The notes below the pieces were generated by a model. The model was given only the letters and a program-made list of their open reading frames with translations. It ran no database searches and had not been told where the DNA came from. Of a stretch of 64,000 nucleotides of DNA, positions 1 to 14,100 are shown piece by piece. Position 1 is the stretch's first letter. Every line of letters begins with the position of its first letter. A program made the translations under genes and the position numbers. Source of the stretch: Rhizophagus irregularis (taxonomy: Eukaryota); contig NC_089431.1 of NCBI RefSeq assembly GCF_026210795.1, positions 3,100,001-3,164,000 on the forward strand, written 5' to 3'.

Positions 1-3000
1 TGAAAAAAAGCGAGCGAAAAAAAATTCAACCGATAATTCCGGTAATTTCTTGAGTAATTGTTTATAATCATATAATCGTAAATATCATTAAATATTAATA
101 AATTTAGAAAATCATTTTTCTGTTAAATTCCATAAAAAATAGTTGATAAACCTGTAATTGTCAACTTTTAAAGTTTATTTGTGATGCTTATCTTGAAAAT
201 TCATCGTTTGTCATGAGTCATTTCACCGATGATCTGATTATCTATGATCGATAACTGAAAAAGATACCGATATGATACCGTATTTTGTATGTGTGTTTGT
301 GTTTCATACGTAATTTCAACTAAATGTTTAAATGGTTATTATATTATAATTTTTTATTTTAATGTAAATTGCAACTTGGTTGATCTTTTTTTAATTTTTA
401 ATTTTCGTCCCTGATATTCTCTTTTGACCAGCCTTTTTTTTTCTCTCACCAACATCTAGATTACTATTAATCTTTTTTGGGTTTAACCGGGGACATCGGA
501 TTTTCTTTTTTGTTATATCATTTGTCGTTTGTTTTGTAAATATTACCCCATAATATATATAATTAACACATGTCGATCCAGGAAAACACCCCTTATATTA
601 CTTAACGTCAAATATACAATAGTATAATGAGTCAAAAAAAAGTAATAGAAATCATGGAATTTGGGGAAAAAATCATGCGAAAGTTGTAGACAAATGGATC
701 ATGAGAACAAAAAAAAAATCCTTTTAAAGAACAACGGTGATATAATATACGAAAATTTTCCGTGTTACATTCCCAAGTTTGGTTTAGTTGATTTTTAATC
801 AGAAAAAATCATTTTTCTCATACAACCATTTCCTATATAGATTCAATAAAGATTATCATTATTATATTCATTTTTAAAATAGTGTCAATCACTTTTTTTT
901 TTTGACATTGGCGATTCTTTTTATAGTGAGTAAAGGTGAGAATTTTTTTTTATCTTTGAATATGATTGATAGATAAAAAAACAATCATTATAGAAGTATT
1001 TATATATTTAAATTTAACCTTATTTATATGTTATTATTTATATTTTAAGTTTAGTTTAAAGCAAATAAATAACATCATAACTGAAATAAGTTTTTTTGTA
1101 AATATTATTTATATGTAAATAGGAAATGTAATATAAGTAATAAAGAATCAAATATTGTAATTTTAGTCTAATTTGGTAATTGGGTTTATATTAACTATAA
1201 TTAATCAAATGATATTTAAATCAGAATAATATTATAAAATTATATTTTAAAAATATTACTTATTGTTATTACATATGAATGATAATTGGTTTTTACATAA
1301 TATAACAGATAGATATTAACTAATCTTTACTAAAATTTAGCAACTAAATTAATTTTTTTGCAATATACTTTTATTTTACAATTTACATCATTTATATACT
1401 TTGAAAATAATTACATTTTATAAAATTTTATAAAACTAAAATTAAGTTAATTTTAACCTTTAATCTTGATTTTTCAAATATTAAAATAGTTAAATTAGAT
1501 GTTAAATGATCATCTATAATTATTAAAAAAATAATAAAAAGTATTTTGAAAATATTTTAATATTCAATAATTAGAATTTAATAATTTATAATTCATTTAA
1601 AAGTTTTAATTAAAATAGATCAAATAATAATAAAATTATATCAATGGTATCAATATTGTATTTTACTTTAAATTTTAGATATTTTTTTTATTTAGATTTC
1701 AATATTTTTTATATTATTAAATTGAATTTTTCTAATTATTATCAAAGGTAATGATCACTAATAACTTGAAATTATGATAATTGGCCAGTATTAAAAAAAT
1801 ATAGTGCTGGTAAAAATTGATAATTTTAGCCAATAGTGATGATCATTCCTGGCAATTTAAAATAAAAATCTACTAAATTTGATTTATTAAAAAGAATTTA
1901 AAATATTTAAATTTTTATAATTTAATATTATATTATCAAATATATTCTAGTAATATTTAAACAATAAAAATGTAATTTAACTAAATATCATATCCCTTAA
2001 ACTGTAGAAACTAAAATTAATTTTAAAAATTTTTGAATTTTTAAAATATCTTAAGATCTAGTAATCATAGAAAGATGAAATTATATTTATTAGATTCCTC
2101 TTATTAAGGCGCATTTAATGGTAATAAAATCATAACTCTAAAATTGATAAATAAAAAGTTATATTAATTTATAAATTTTTAGTTTAGATTTTATAAGTTA
2201 TCTTGTCATATAATATTTGTAGAAAGATAATTTTATTTCTATCAGATTCTTCTCATTAAGGCACATTAAATAGTGGTAATTTTATATTTCTAAGGTTAAT
2301 GGATAAAAAAATATTTCAATTTAAAAATTTAACTACTATTTGTTATAATTTGTTGATCATTTACTTTTAAAAAATCATTAATCAAATTGAACTTCTTTTT
2401 GATTTTTACTTAGAAAATACTATAGAATTTATTACAAAAATATTGGTTTACATAATAAAATATTTTAAGGTATTTAAAAGTGTCTTTAATTAAAAAATAA
2501 AATTGCAGGCAAATTTGGTTGCAAAATAGTTTAAGGGATAATTGACTAATTTTAATATTAGTAATATTATTTTACAATTATTTAAATATATATATATTGT
2601 TAAATTTAATAAAATTTGAAATTTGGAATTGGGATTTAGAATTTGGAATTTAAATTAATTAAAATTTGAAATTTGGAATTTAGTACTATATAAAAATTTG
2701 TAATTTATTAAAATTTGAAATTGGCAATTTTCAATTTAGATGACAAGAATCCCAAATATTTAATATATATTGTAAGTTATAATGGATTTTTAATCAAAAT
2801 CATCTTTTTTTACTAAAATTCAAAAAAACATTTTTTACAAATATTTTGATATTTAGTAATACAATTTTAATGAATATTTTTTTTAATTCAATAAAAATTA
2901 CAAAAAAAAATTTGACTATTAAATGCTAAAATATTTGCAAAAAATAATTTTTTAAGTTTCAAAAAATAGGCTAATTTACTAAAAATATGATTTATGATTT

Positions 3001-3430
3001 TAAAAGATATTCAGAATTCTGAATAATATATATATATTTGAAATTAATAATTTTAATTTTATATATAGCATTATTTATTAAGAAATAAAAATCAAATATT
3101 AAATAATAATTAATACAAATTTGCATATATAAATTTTTTATAAATTATATTATATGTTATAATAAAATTATATAATTTATTTATAAATATTATAATTTGA
3201 TTGATTATTAAATTTGATAAGAGAAAGTAAAGTAAATTTATATTAAACTGAATATTATATAATATATGTAATTCTCTTAATATAAAAATAAATTTTTAAA
3301 TAATTACTAATCATTACAAAATAATTACTAACTATTATAAAACAAATAAAACAATTACTAATCATTATAAAAATAATTACTAATCATTATAAAATGATTA
3401 CCAATCATTATAAAAAATAAATACCAATTA

Positions 3431-4386
3431 TGGTCCGGTGCAAAAAGATTTGTACATCACTAAAAAAGGACAAGATTTACGCCAAAGAAAAATTTTGTAA
3501 AACTAAACATAACGGGCTGAGATTTACATATTTATTAGTAAATAATTGCCCGAATTTGCTGATAAAAATTTTTTTTATTGTATGATACTTCCTTCTTCCT
3601 TAAAATGAAGTGGCATACCACTAACAGACAACGAAAAACTAATGATAATAAAGTATGCATAATTATCTTCCAAAGGCTAATTTTACAAAAGAAAGTCATC
3701 TGAAGCTTAAATTACGCAAGTAAGTTGCTGAAACACTAATTGTACCAAGGGTACAGTTGGGAGCATTGCATTAGACTGGAATAAGTACAGTGATTGCACA
3801 TTTACACCACATAAAACACTTTGGATGGCCTAATCCAACTTCAAGCATGAAAAACTGGAAGTCAATATTGTTTTTCAAATGAATTACAAAAACTAGAACT
3901 ATTGGAACTGGTTTAAATGCACAAGAAAATGGTACTATTTTCTTGCATTAAAATAGCAAAACAATATGATCATGAAGTTTTTATATGTCACCTATTATTA
4001 TGAACTACAGCCAATTGAAAGTGTTTAAGCAGTTGTAAAAGGTGAAATTGTAAGATCCTAAATTATTTCCTGTTTGAAATACACTTTTAAATGCATTAAA
4101 AAATGAAGTCAACTTAAAGATTATAATGAATTTTAGAAAAAAGTGCTTAAAATACCAAGGCATATTTTAGTATATTTTGAGGCTAACGAAAATGTCCAAT
4201 TAATTAATAAAGAATCTAATAATTATAGTGAATCCAATGGTGATGCACAATTTGGTGTAATAATGATATTATAATATTTCTGAATATATACTAATAAGAT
4301 TTATATTAAAAAAAATGAAATTTAATTTATTAAAAAATTTTTTATTGACATTTATTTTGATGTACAAATCTTTTTGCACCGGACCA
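3431..4386. mobile_element. Decayed Tc1/mariner (IS630-Tc1) DNA transposon
   Basis: Perfect 29-bp TIR TGGTCCGGTGCAAAAAGATTTGTACATCA (3431-3459 / 4358-4386) flanked by TA on both sides. A + strand relic near 3970-4050 reads HEV..(frameshift)SP...ELQPIESV*AVVKGE, resembling the P-Y-x-P-E-L-N-P-I-E-x-x-W motif of DD34E transposases. Multiple stops. Confidence 0.85.
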
Positions 4387-4483
4387 TATTATAAAATGAT
4401 TATCAATAGCCATTTATAACTAAATAATATAATTATATTATTTAATTATAAATAGTTTAAATTATAATAAAATAACCTAAATA

Positions 4484-4911
4484 CAGTTAAACCTTTATAT
4501 AATCACACTCCATATAGTCATATCATATAAAATTCCTCTATATAATTACTAAGGGTGCAAACTTAATGACGTAATGTAATTCTTAATTAAGTCACATCAT
4601 AGACGTAACTAGGACGTAACTTTAAGAAAAGCATAAGTTTGCATCAAAGTGATTTAATTACTAATTATTTTATAATAAAATGTATAGACGTAATATTATA
4701 TGACGTAACTTAAGTTAAGTTACGTCATAGACGTAATTAGGATGTAACCCTAAGGAAGAGTTAAGTTTGTATCTCTAATAATTACACCTTTGGGAAGTAC
4801 CAATATATATAATTAGTATATAAAAAAACCTTTATATAATCACATCATAGTAAAACCTTTAGTCACTAATTTTTGCAGAACTGATTAGGTAACTATATAA
4901 AGGTCTGATTG
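4484..4911. mobile_element. CAGT-ended non-autonomous Tc1/pogo-type MITE (related to 49242-56375)
   Basis: Imperfect TIR CAGTTAAACCTTTATATAATCAC vs reverse complement of GTAACTATATAAAGGTCTGATTG; TA flanks; internal 'tataatcacac' repeats. Confidence 0.6.
4550..4777. mobile_element. hAT-type MITE nested in the 4484-4911 MITE
   Basis: 8-bp TSD ATAATTAC (4542-4549 and 4778-4785); termini TAAGGGTGCAAACTTAA / TTAAGTTTGTATCTCTA; internal GACGTAA repeats. Confidence 0.75.
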
Positions 4912-5936
4912 TATAATTAAATAACCTAAATATAATTAAATAAATTAGATATAACTAAATAAACTAAATATAACTAAATAATTTAAATATAATTAAATAA
5001 TCTAAAGTAATAACCTAAATGTAATTAAATAATCTAATTAAATAATTTAAGTATGCCAATTTTTATACTTTTTTTATTTTTTTTACTAGTATATTTCTTA
5101 CCTTTGAAATTGCTTTTCTTTACCTTTTCATATTTATTATTTATAATTATGTAATTAGATAACCTAAATACATCTATGACAAATATATCTGTTTTTATTA
5201 TATATTATACATTAATAAATATTTTCAATTATAGTTTGTGCTAATAAATGCTTATATTTATTCATTTATTAAATAAATATCCGCTTATTGGTAATTATCT
5301 GTAGCCATTAAAGTTTCAGATTGTTAAACACTATTAACCTTTCTTTATATCCTTTTTTATTGCTAAAAAGTTAATTGTATTATCACATAAAAAAAATATT
5401 GGTATAATAATTTGATGTAAATTTACATTTAAATTTAATTAGTATTATGATATAATTCAGGCTGATTTTTAAAACATATAATTTAAGAAATTAAATTAAC
5501 ATAATAATAACCTGACAATACTTAATACTCTCCTGCCTAATATTATCATAATACTAATAGATCATAGTATTTTTTTTTATTTATATTGTATTTTTTATAT
5601 AGATTTTTTATTGTCTTTTTAAATATTCTACTAATAATATATTTTTCACTTTTTTAAATGTTTCAAAAAATGAAGTATTTAATCTCTTAAATTTATTATA
5701 TATACTATATATTGTTTTATTTTATTCTTATTTAATTCAGTTATTTTATCTTTTATTTTTATAATAAAAAGATATATAATACTATATCATTCATATGGGC
5801 TGATTTGTCTACCTTTAATTAAAATATTAATTTTATTACATTTTTATTATATAAAATACTATATAATATACAGTAAATTGGAAATGAGTATTAAAAAATT
5901 TTTATTTAATGTTATTATACCATAATTTGGTAAATA

Positions 5937-7134
5937 TAAAGCTCCTAACGGTTCGGGCTAAACCGGGGAACCGATCCGAAACTGGCTTAAAATTCGGTTC
6001 GGTTCGGTTCGGGTATTAGAACCGAAAAACCGGCAATTCGGTTCAGTTTAATCTGATTTTTATAAAAATGCGAAAAATCGAATAGCCATCCATCTAGTGA
6101 TCGTACAAAGTTGAGCCATATATCATTGGATTCGTCTCGACGAGACGCGTCGAATGGTGGTAAGATCATGTCTCTAGCATCGATAGATCACACGTTAACC
6201 CACGCTAAATGATTTATCAATAATTGGAATTATCAAGCTATCTATCAATGCTAGAGACATGATCTTAGCGTCATTCGACGCGTCTCAGTGAGACGAATCC
6301 AATGAATATAAATTCGTCCGTGTACGACCACTGGATGGCGAATAATGTCAAGTTTCGCATTTTTTTAAAATTTTCGAGCGTTAAAAATTAAAAATTCCAA
6401 TACATGAATTTATTCGCCGTCCAATGGTCGTACAAATATGAATTAGGACTTATTGGATTCGTCTCAATGAGACGAGTCGAATGGTGGTAAGAATACGTCT
6501 CTAGCATCGATAGATAGCTTAATAATACCAATTTTTTATAAATTACTTAGCATGAATTAACTTACGATCTATTGATGCTAGAGACATGATCACACCACCA
6601 TTCGACTCATCTCATCGAGACGAATCCAATGAGTCCTAATTCATATTTGTATGACCATTGGACGGTGAATAAATTCATGTATCAGAATTTTTAATTTTTA
6701 ACGCTCAAAAATTTTAAAAAAATGCGAAACTTGACATTATTCGCCATCCAGTGGTCGTACACGGACGAATTTATATTCATTGGATTCGTCTCACTGAGAC
6801 GCGTCGAATGACGCTAAGATCATGTCTCTAGAATCGATAGATAGCTTGATAATTCCAATTATTGATAAATCATTTAGAGCGGGTTAACGTGTGATCTATC
6901 GATGCTAGAGACATGATCTTACCACCATTCGACGCGTCTCGTCGAGACGAATCCAATGATATATGGCTCGACTTTGTACGATCACTACATGGACGGCTAT
7001 TCGATTTTTCGCATTTTTATAAAAATCAGATTAAACTGAACTGAACCGCCGGTTTTTCGGTTCGGTTCTTACGGATTTCGGCTCTAATCCGAACCGTCTA
7101 TAATCCAGACCAAACCGACCCATTCGGAGCTTTA
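5937..7134. mobile_element. hAT-type foldback MITE (almost entirely one long inverted repeat)
   Basis: 8-bp TSD GGTAAATA (5929-5936 and 7135-7142); termini TAAAGCTCC / GGAGCTTTA; subterminal CGGTT/AACCG repeats. About 6025-6540 is the reverse complement of about 6550-7060. Built from modules around GATTCGTCTC-N3-GAGACG. Confidence 0.85.
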
Positions 7135-7182
7135 GGTAAATATTTCTTTTAAATTAATATAATTCTTAGCACTTACTATATA

Positions 7183-7530
7183 TGTTAAAAATTTGTATCT
7201 CAACTTAAAACGTAAATATCTCCAGATCTAGTGATCCAATTGGCAAGCTCTTTTTTCGTTCATATAGACCAGATCAAAGGCTTTCCAATGAGCCTAAATT
7301 TATAAAAAATGGATCAGTAGATCCCAAGATATTTGCATTTAAGCATGTTAAAAAAGTTCATACCTCAACTTTAAACGCAAATATCTCTGGATCTAATGAT
7401 TCAATCGGCAAGCTCTTTTTTCGCCTATAAAGTCCAGAACAAGGGCTTTCCAACGAGCCTAAAATTATAGAAAACGGATCAGTGAATCTTGATATATTTG
7501 CGTTTAAAGATGGTAATACAAATTCTGACA
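7183..7530. mobile_element. Small TA-flanked MITE with an internal ~165-bp tandem duplication
   Basis: Termini TGTTAAAAATTTGTAT / ATACAAATTCTGACA with TA flanks; 7183-7345 is repeated at about 7346-7510. Confidence 0.55.
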
Positions 7531-8819
7531 TAAAATAATTATTTTTATTGTTTGAAAATATTTATTATGATACCATCTTTTATATGATATTTTTATTATA
7601 CTTTTATAAACATTTATAGCTACTAAGGCTATATAAATTTTTATTTTACTTTATATTTTATTAAAATATACTTACTTTTTAATAATATATGTTAAAAATT
7701 CCATATATATGAGAAATGGGTTTTTTATTAGTGAAATGGGTTTTTTCACAGCTCTTTTACATTTAATAATTTAAGCTTCGCAAATGTAAATTTTTGTTCA
7801 ACTTATTATTTAGTCAAATGATCATCAATCAGATGATTTTTTGGTATTACAAAACAATTTTAAGTAACAAAAATTGTGAAAATCAATCAATAATTCTTTT
7901 TAATGCAAAGTAGACAAATCAGCCCATATGTTAATTTGGAATTATATAAGTACAAAATTTTTCACCAAAAATATAATACTTTAGCATATTTCTACATAAT
8001 GATAGTCATATATGTTAGCAATTTTAATTTTAAGAGAATTTCTTAAAAGATTTTGCATTAATGAGAAGATTTGTTATAAAATAATCTTATTCTATATATA
8101 AGTTTAATATAAATATAGTATACTATAATATAAAAGCTTTTATTTATACTTACTCTTGACTTCTACTTAATAATCTAATACTTACTTCCTCATTATATCT
8201 TTCATATAATTTAATAATTATTACAGTTATAGTTGAAATTTATATACTTTTATAATTATATTACCTATATAACTATAGTTGGATATCATATTTTTTATAA
8301 TATTTTTATATTCCTTTTATGTTATTTTAAATTTCAACCATAATTTATATACTAATGCAATTTATTTTTTTTGCAATTATTCCAGTTTATTAAATATAGT
8401 GAAATTGTTTGAAACTATACAAATTTATAATTTATTTGTTTATTTGAAATAATTGATTTAACAAATTTAGTCTTGTTTACTATTTATAGTAATAAGCATA
8501 TTAGGCATTAATAATGTGATTGATAGACTTATTGAGCTACTAAAATAATACATAGCAATTGAACTCTTTACTTGAAATAATGTAGCAAACAACCCTAAAA
8601 ATTAAGTAAAAGTTTAATCTTTTTAATAAATATATAAACAAAAAAAATTTACCAAGTAAATAAATATATAAAAAAATAAAAAATGGTATATAGAAGAATT
8701 TGGTAAATATACAAATGAAGGAAGAGTTTAAATTTTTAACAAATATACAAATAAAAAAAAATTATCAAGTAAAATAAGGGCACTGTCAGATATTCTTTGC
8801 TGAAACTTGGAGTTTACAA

Positions 8820-9835
8820 TCGATATTGATTAGATATTGCAATGATATCATTACGATATCATTACGATATTTTGATAAAAAATAGATTCGACGTCGTTAA
8901 GTTAGTCGTAACTATATTTATTCGACATTGATTAGTTCGATATCTCTGCGATATCGCAGCGATCATTATGCGATGTAAATATTATCACGTAATCACATCG
9001 TAGTGATGTCGTATTAACATTGAATTAATATTACAAAAATATTTGACATTTATTTGATATCGTAACCATGTCGTATTAACATTGAATTAATATTACAAAA
9101 ATATTTGACATTTATTTGATATCGTAACCATGTCGTATTAACATTGAATTAATATTACAAAATATTTGACATTTTATTTGATATCGTAACCACATCGTAG
9201 TGATATCATATTAACATCGAATTAATATTGCAAAAATATTTTACATCTATTTGATATCGTAACCACATCGTAGTGATGTCGTATTAACATTGAATTAATA
9301 TTACAAAATATTTGACATTTTATTTGATATCGTAATCACATCGTATTGATATCATATTAACATCGAATTAATATTCAAAAATATTTTATCTATTTGATAT
9401 CGTAACCACATCGTAGTGATGTCGTATTAATATTGAATTAATATTACAAAATATTTGACATTTTATTTGATATCGTAACCACATCGTAGTGATATCATAT
9501 TAACATCGAATTAATATTGCAAAATATTTGACATTTTATTTGATATCGTAACCACATCGTAGCCATATCGTAGTGATATCATATTAACATCGAATTAATA
9601 TTGCAAAAATATTAAAAATATTTTACATCTATTTGATATCGTAGCCACATCGTAGTGATGTCGTATTAACATTGAATTAATATTACAATTTTATTTGATA
9701 TCGTAACTACATCATAATAATATCATATTAATATCGAATTAATATTACAAAAAATGTTTTACATTTATTTAATATCGTAACTACATCGTAATGATATTAT
9801 ATTAACACCGAATTAACATCACAAAAATATTTTTA
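8820..9835. repeat. Left subterminal tandem repeat array (~60-70-bp unit)
   Basis: Repeated TTTATTTGATATCGTAACCACATCGTAGTGATRTCRTATTAACATYGAATTAATATT. Confidence 0.9.
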
Positions 9836-11131
9836 TTGTAATATATGTTTATTATTTATTATACATTAATAATAATAATTTTTTATTAGTGGATTATTAT
9901 GGGTGAGTGGAGTACGTTTCTTTTCTTCCTTTTTTTTTATTCTTTTCTTCTCTTTTTTATTCTTTTCTTCTCGTATGTGAGTGGATGGATACGTCATTTT
10001 CAATTTTAAAATATATATATATATATATATAAAAAATAAAAAAAACAATCATGATTAATAAAATGTACTCTTTGTAAAATATATTTAAAATTTAATACAT
10101 AACCTTGGGATAATAGTTAGAGCAGGTAATTCCGGGATTTTGTAAAGAATAATAAAAATGATAATATTTTTAAGTTAGTTCTTTCTTTAAATTTTTTTGA
10201 AAGTGTTTTGTTTCTTAAAATCATAATATTGTAAAAAAATGCTGGTTGCTACGACTGACGGACAACGACAAATTGTCAGGCTACCCCCGGACAAAGTAAT
10301 TGGAAGGCGGAAAATGCCATAAATATCCAGCCCTATTTTACAACATTTTCTTCCAGGCTAAAGCAAATATTACAAAAGAAATTGCAAATATATTTAACAA
10401 GCAATAGATACATGGCCGTTGAAAAATATATTCACACTTCATATTGTAATACCACAGTCTAACAAAGAAATTGCAAATATATTTAACAAGCAATAGATAC
10501 ATGGCCGTTGAAAAATATATTCACATTTATACCACAGTCTAACAAAAAAATACTCAAACCACAACATATTGTAAAAAAAATATGAAAAATACGCGTATAT
10601 CCTATTTTCATACCTTGCTTAACAGCTCCACTATTTATTTAAAAAACGGCTTTTTTCTCTTTTGTATGTGGGTAGGTGGGTACATTTTTCCTTTCTTTTA
10701 TTCTTTTCTTTCGTATGTGAGTGGCGGGTACATTTTCTTTTCTTTATTCTTACTTTTATTCTTGCTTTTCGTATGTGGGTGTCTTACTATGTTGAATATA
10801 TAAACTAAAGTGTCCCAAAGTATTGTTAATATTGTAAAAAGATAATTAAAGTATACTTTAAAAAGAGACGAACTAAAATACCGTAAAGTATTAATATAAA
10901 AGACAAGAGAAAAGCGTATTTTTGAAAATAAACAAAAAAAATCTCATTAATAAACGCGAATTTTAGCTATTTTTAGATATCACATGCATGATATCACATG
11001 CATGTAATTAAAGTGATTTTAATTGGTTAATTTTAATTTATTATTACATCATGCATATGATTTTATTGGTTAAAATTTTATACGATACAAATTAAAATAA
11101 TTATTTTATTATATTTATATAATTAATATAA

Positions 11132-14100
11132 TTATATGGCTGTAAAATAAAAATTATTTTTTATCCAAATTCTATTTGTAGTATCAATGATTTGGTAGTT
11201 GCACCTTTTACGAGATTACGATTATGAATAAAATGTACTTTTTGAACGTTATCTATTACAGTAATTGGAAAAATACGTCTCCATTTATCTCCTGTTCTTG
11301 GAGACGGTAAAGTGGACATTTTAATACTGAATGTTCAACCATAGTATCTTCAAACCAATCTACAACAATAAATGCATAATATTTGTTATTGTTACCCTTA
11401 TTCGTTGAAAGATACCTTTCGATTATTGCATAAGATTCTTCGCTGATCTTCTTCATAAATTGTGATAAAATCATCGAGATGTAGGTGAACTTTTGAAAGG
11501 ATACCATTTTCTTCTTCAATCATATATGATGCAAATTTGTACCAACTAATTGAAGAGTTTATAAGTGCCGCCGCCAAACTTCATATCCACATAAGATAAA
11601 AACAATTCAGTTTTAAAATTATGTAAAGTTAAAAGAAGTTTATCACGTTCCTGCTTTGGCATTCTTTTTTTTAATGAAATATTGGAAATAAAGTTTACTG
11701 GAGATATAACTAAATTAAAAGATTAGTAAATATAAATATCAAACATGTACTATTATATGCAATAAAATACTTACTTTTTGTGTATCATCATCGTAAAATG
11801 CCTAAGAAGCTTGTTCTAGTTAAACGGTTCAAAGAATATTTATCTTCTGTAAACATACCAATTTAAAAATAATTGTCCAAAATTTGAATTTGTAAATCCA
11901 GTACAAGATCTATTAAATCTTGGATCAATACCACCATCTGCTAAATGTCGAATTGCAAATAAAGTATTGTAACGCTTTAATAAATCTAAATCTATGTTTT
12001 TGCAATTAGTTTTTGGTACCATCCCCTTAAAAATACGATGGACCATTTCTTTTATACCAACTTGGGTATTAATAAGTGTTCCAAAGGTTTTACGTACATC
12101 AAAAGATGCATATTAACGTGTATGTTTCGTAAATTAACAAAATTTACAAAAACCTATAAAAAGTAAAATATTGTTAATTATTTGAAATTATTCCACATTT
12201 CAATATCAAATTTGTAACTATACCTTTCGAAGGATTGAAAACTCTTCTTCAAGACATTGTTGCAATTCCTCATAGCTATCTGATGTAAATTTCTTGTTAA
12301 AAACCGCTTTCATAGTTTTTGCAACATGTATCCAACAAGATATAATAATTTTTGGAACTGAACTAACTCGAAATGCATCAATTCTTTATTAATTGCACGG
12401 CTGTTTCATTACGTTTCGATACTTCGATTCTTTTAAAAACTGGTTTAACAAAAATGGCATAATCATAGCTAATCTAAGTAAATCCGACATCATAAAACTA
12501 TTGTAGTGAGTAATCGGATTTGTAAGCGACTATCTTTTTGGAATTTCAAAATTTTTCCAAATTTCGATAAAATTATCTTCTCCCTTCGTGAAAATAATTC
12601 ACAAGTTAATTTTAGTAGCGTATCTTTTCCTGCACAGTACGTGATAAACATCCGCGGCGTCTGTAAATGTCTTTCCTTTTTAATTTATCTAAAATACTAG
12701 GTAATGATCGTAAACCATATTCCGTACGAAAGTTGATCTCTTCTTGGCATTATAGTCTCATGAAATTTTTAAGATTTCTTCGTCTGTAATATGATGATAA
12801 CGTAATGTTGTTACGATATCCTGATTGTGAGCACTCAATGATTCTTTAGTAGTTTTACAAGTACGACAACCCTTATTTGCATTACGTCTAAATTTATTTT
12901 TTAAACAATTTTAATATTGTCATAAAATTATATTATTATATTATTAACTAAGTTGAAAAAATACCTTAGTTACTCCTGTCATATCGTTACCTTGAGGTAA
13001 ATCTGCCGTAACAATGCCTAAACCAGCAATTATCCATGCATCTTGTCCTTGGACAGTCATCACCTTTCCTTTCTCTAATTCCTTCATTTCTGAAATGAAT
13101 GGTATCATAAATTCGTCAAATTTTCCTCCAAATGGGATAAACCCAATAACAAAATGGTTCTTTATTAGCTTTCTTTGATGTGCTGGCATATTTCCAAACT
13201 GTACATAAACACCACCTAGAGAATGGTATACATTTCTAAATGTACCAAAATCATCGTAATAAAGATCTAAAAACAGCTTATAGATTGGCATAGATGATGA
13301 TGGTGGATTTCTAATAGAAATGTAATCAGATGGATGTAGGTATGAAAGCTTTACATTACGAACGTGCCAACGGTCATTACATTTATAAATTATTTCACTA
13401 ATCCGCAATGAACCATCAGGAATATTTTGATGTTCGAAACATCATCAATATAGTTACTTTTTCTAAAATTTGAGAAGTCATTATAATTAAAAATGGTTCG
13501 TCTTGTAACCATACTTCACGGTAATAGAATGACGTTGTCTTGGTAACCCTTTTAAATTTCCGGGTAAATCACTATATTCCAAAATTTTTTGAATTCGTAA
13601 AATCGATAATATCCATCATGATTTTTTAAAATTGATCTTAATCTTCCAAGTTTTTTTTGACCATTATCATCATGATAGTAAACAAAATCACCAGATCGGT
13701 ACAATACTATTTATTAAAAATAAATAACTTTAATAAATATTATCAATGATAATAAATTATAATTGTATCAAAGTGTATTAATTTATAACCTTCTGATATT
13801 AATATTTCGTGTTGTCCAAAAAGTGGGGATTCCCCCCATAAATTTCCATGCCAAAATTCTGATTTTTCTTCAGAATTAATGCCGGGTCCAAAATACATAT
13901 GCTTCATTAGCATCGGATTATTAAGAACACGCCATATAATTTCACTAATTGAGAGTTGATACGAAAGTTTTGATCCTCGTGAGGTTGATGGAGTTTTTTT
14001 GGTGAAATTTTAATAGACTTTGTTATTATTGGTAGGAGAGGAAGACGTTTTCTCCATGATTGGAATCTTCGGATATTTTTTACCAGCATGGGTAGGTTCA

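Larger units (their letters stand above)
5792..7930. mobile_element. Non-autonomous TIR element hosting two younger insertions
   Basis: 21-bp perfect inverted repeat CATATGGGCTGATTTGTCTAC (5792-5812) / GTAGACAAATCAGCCCATATG (7910-7930). Confidence 0.7.

Noticed and set aside
8990..9830. CRISPR-like appearance of regular repeats (also 17061-17236)
   Set aside because: Head-to-tail tandem repeats without unique spacers; no cas genes; eukaryotic context.
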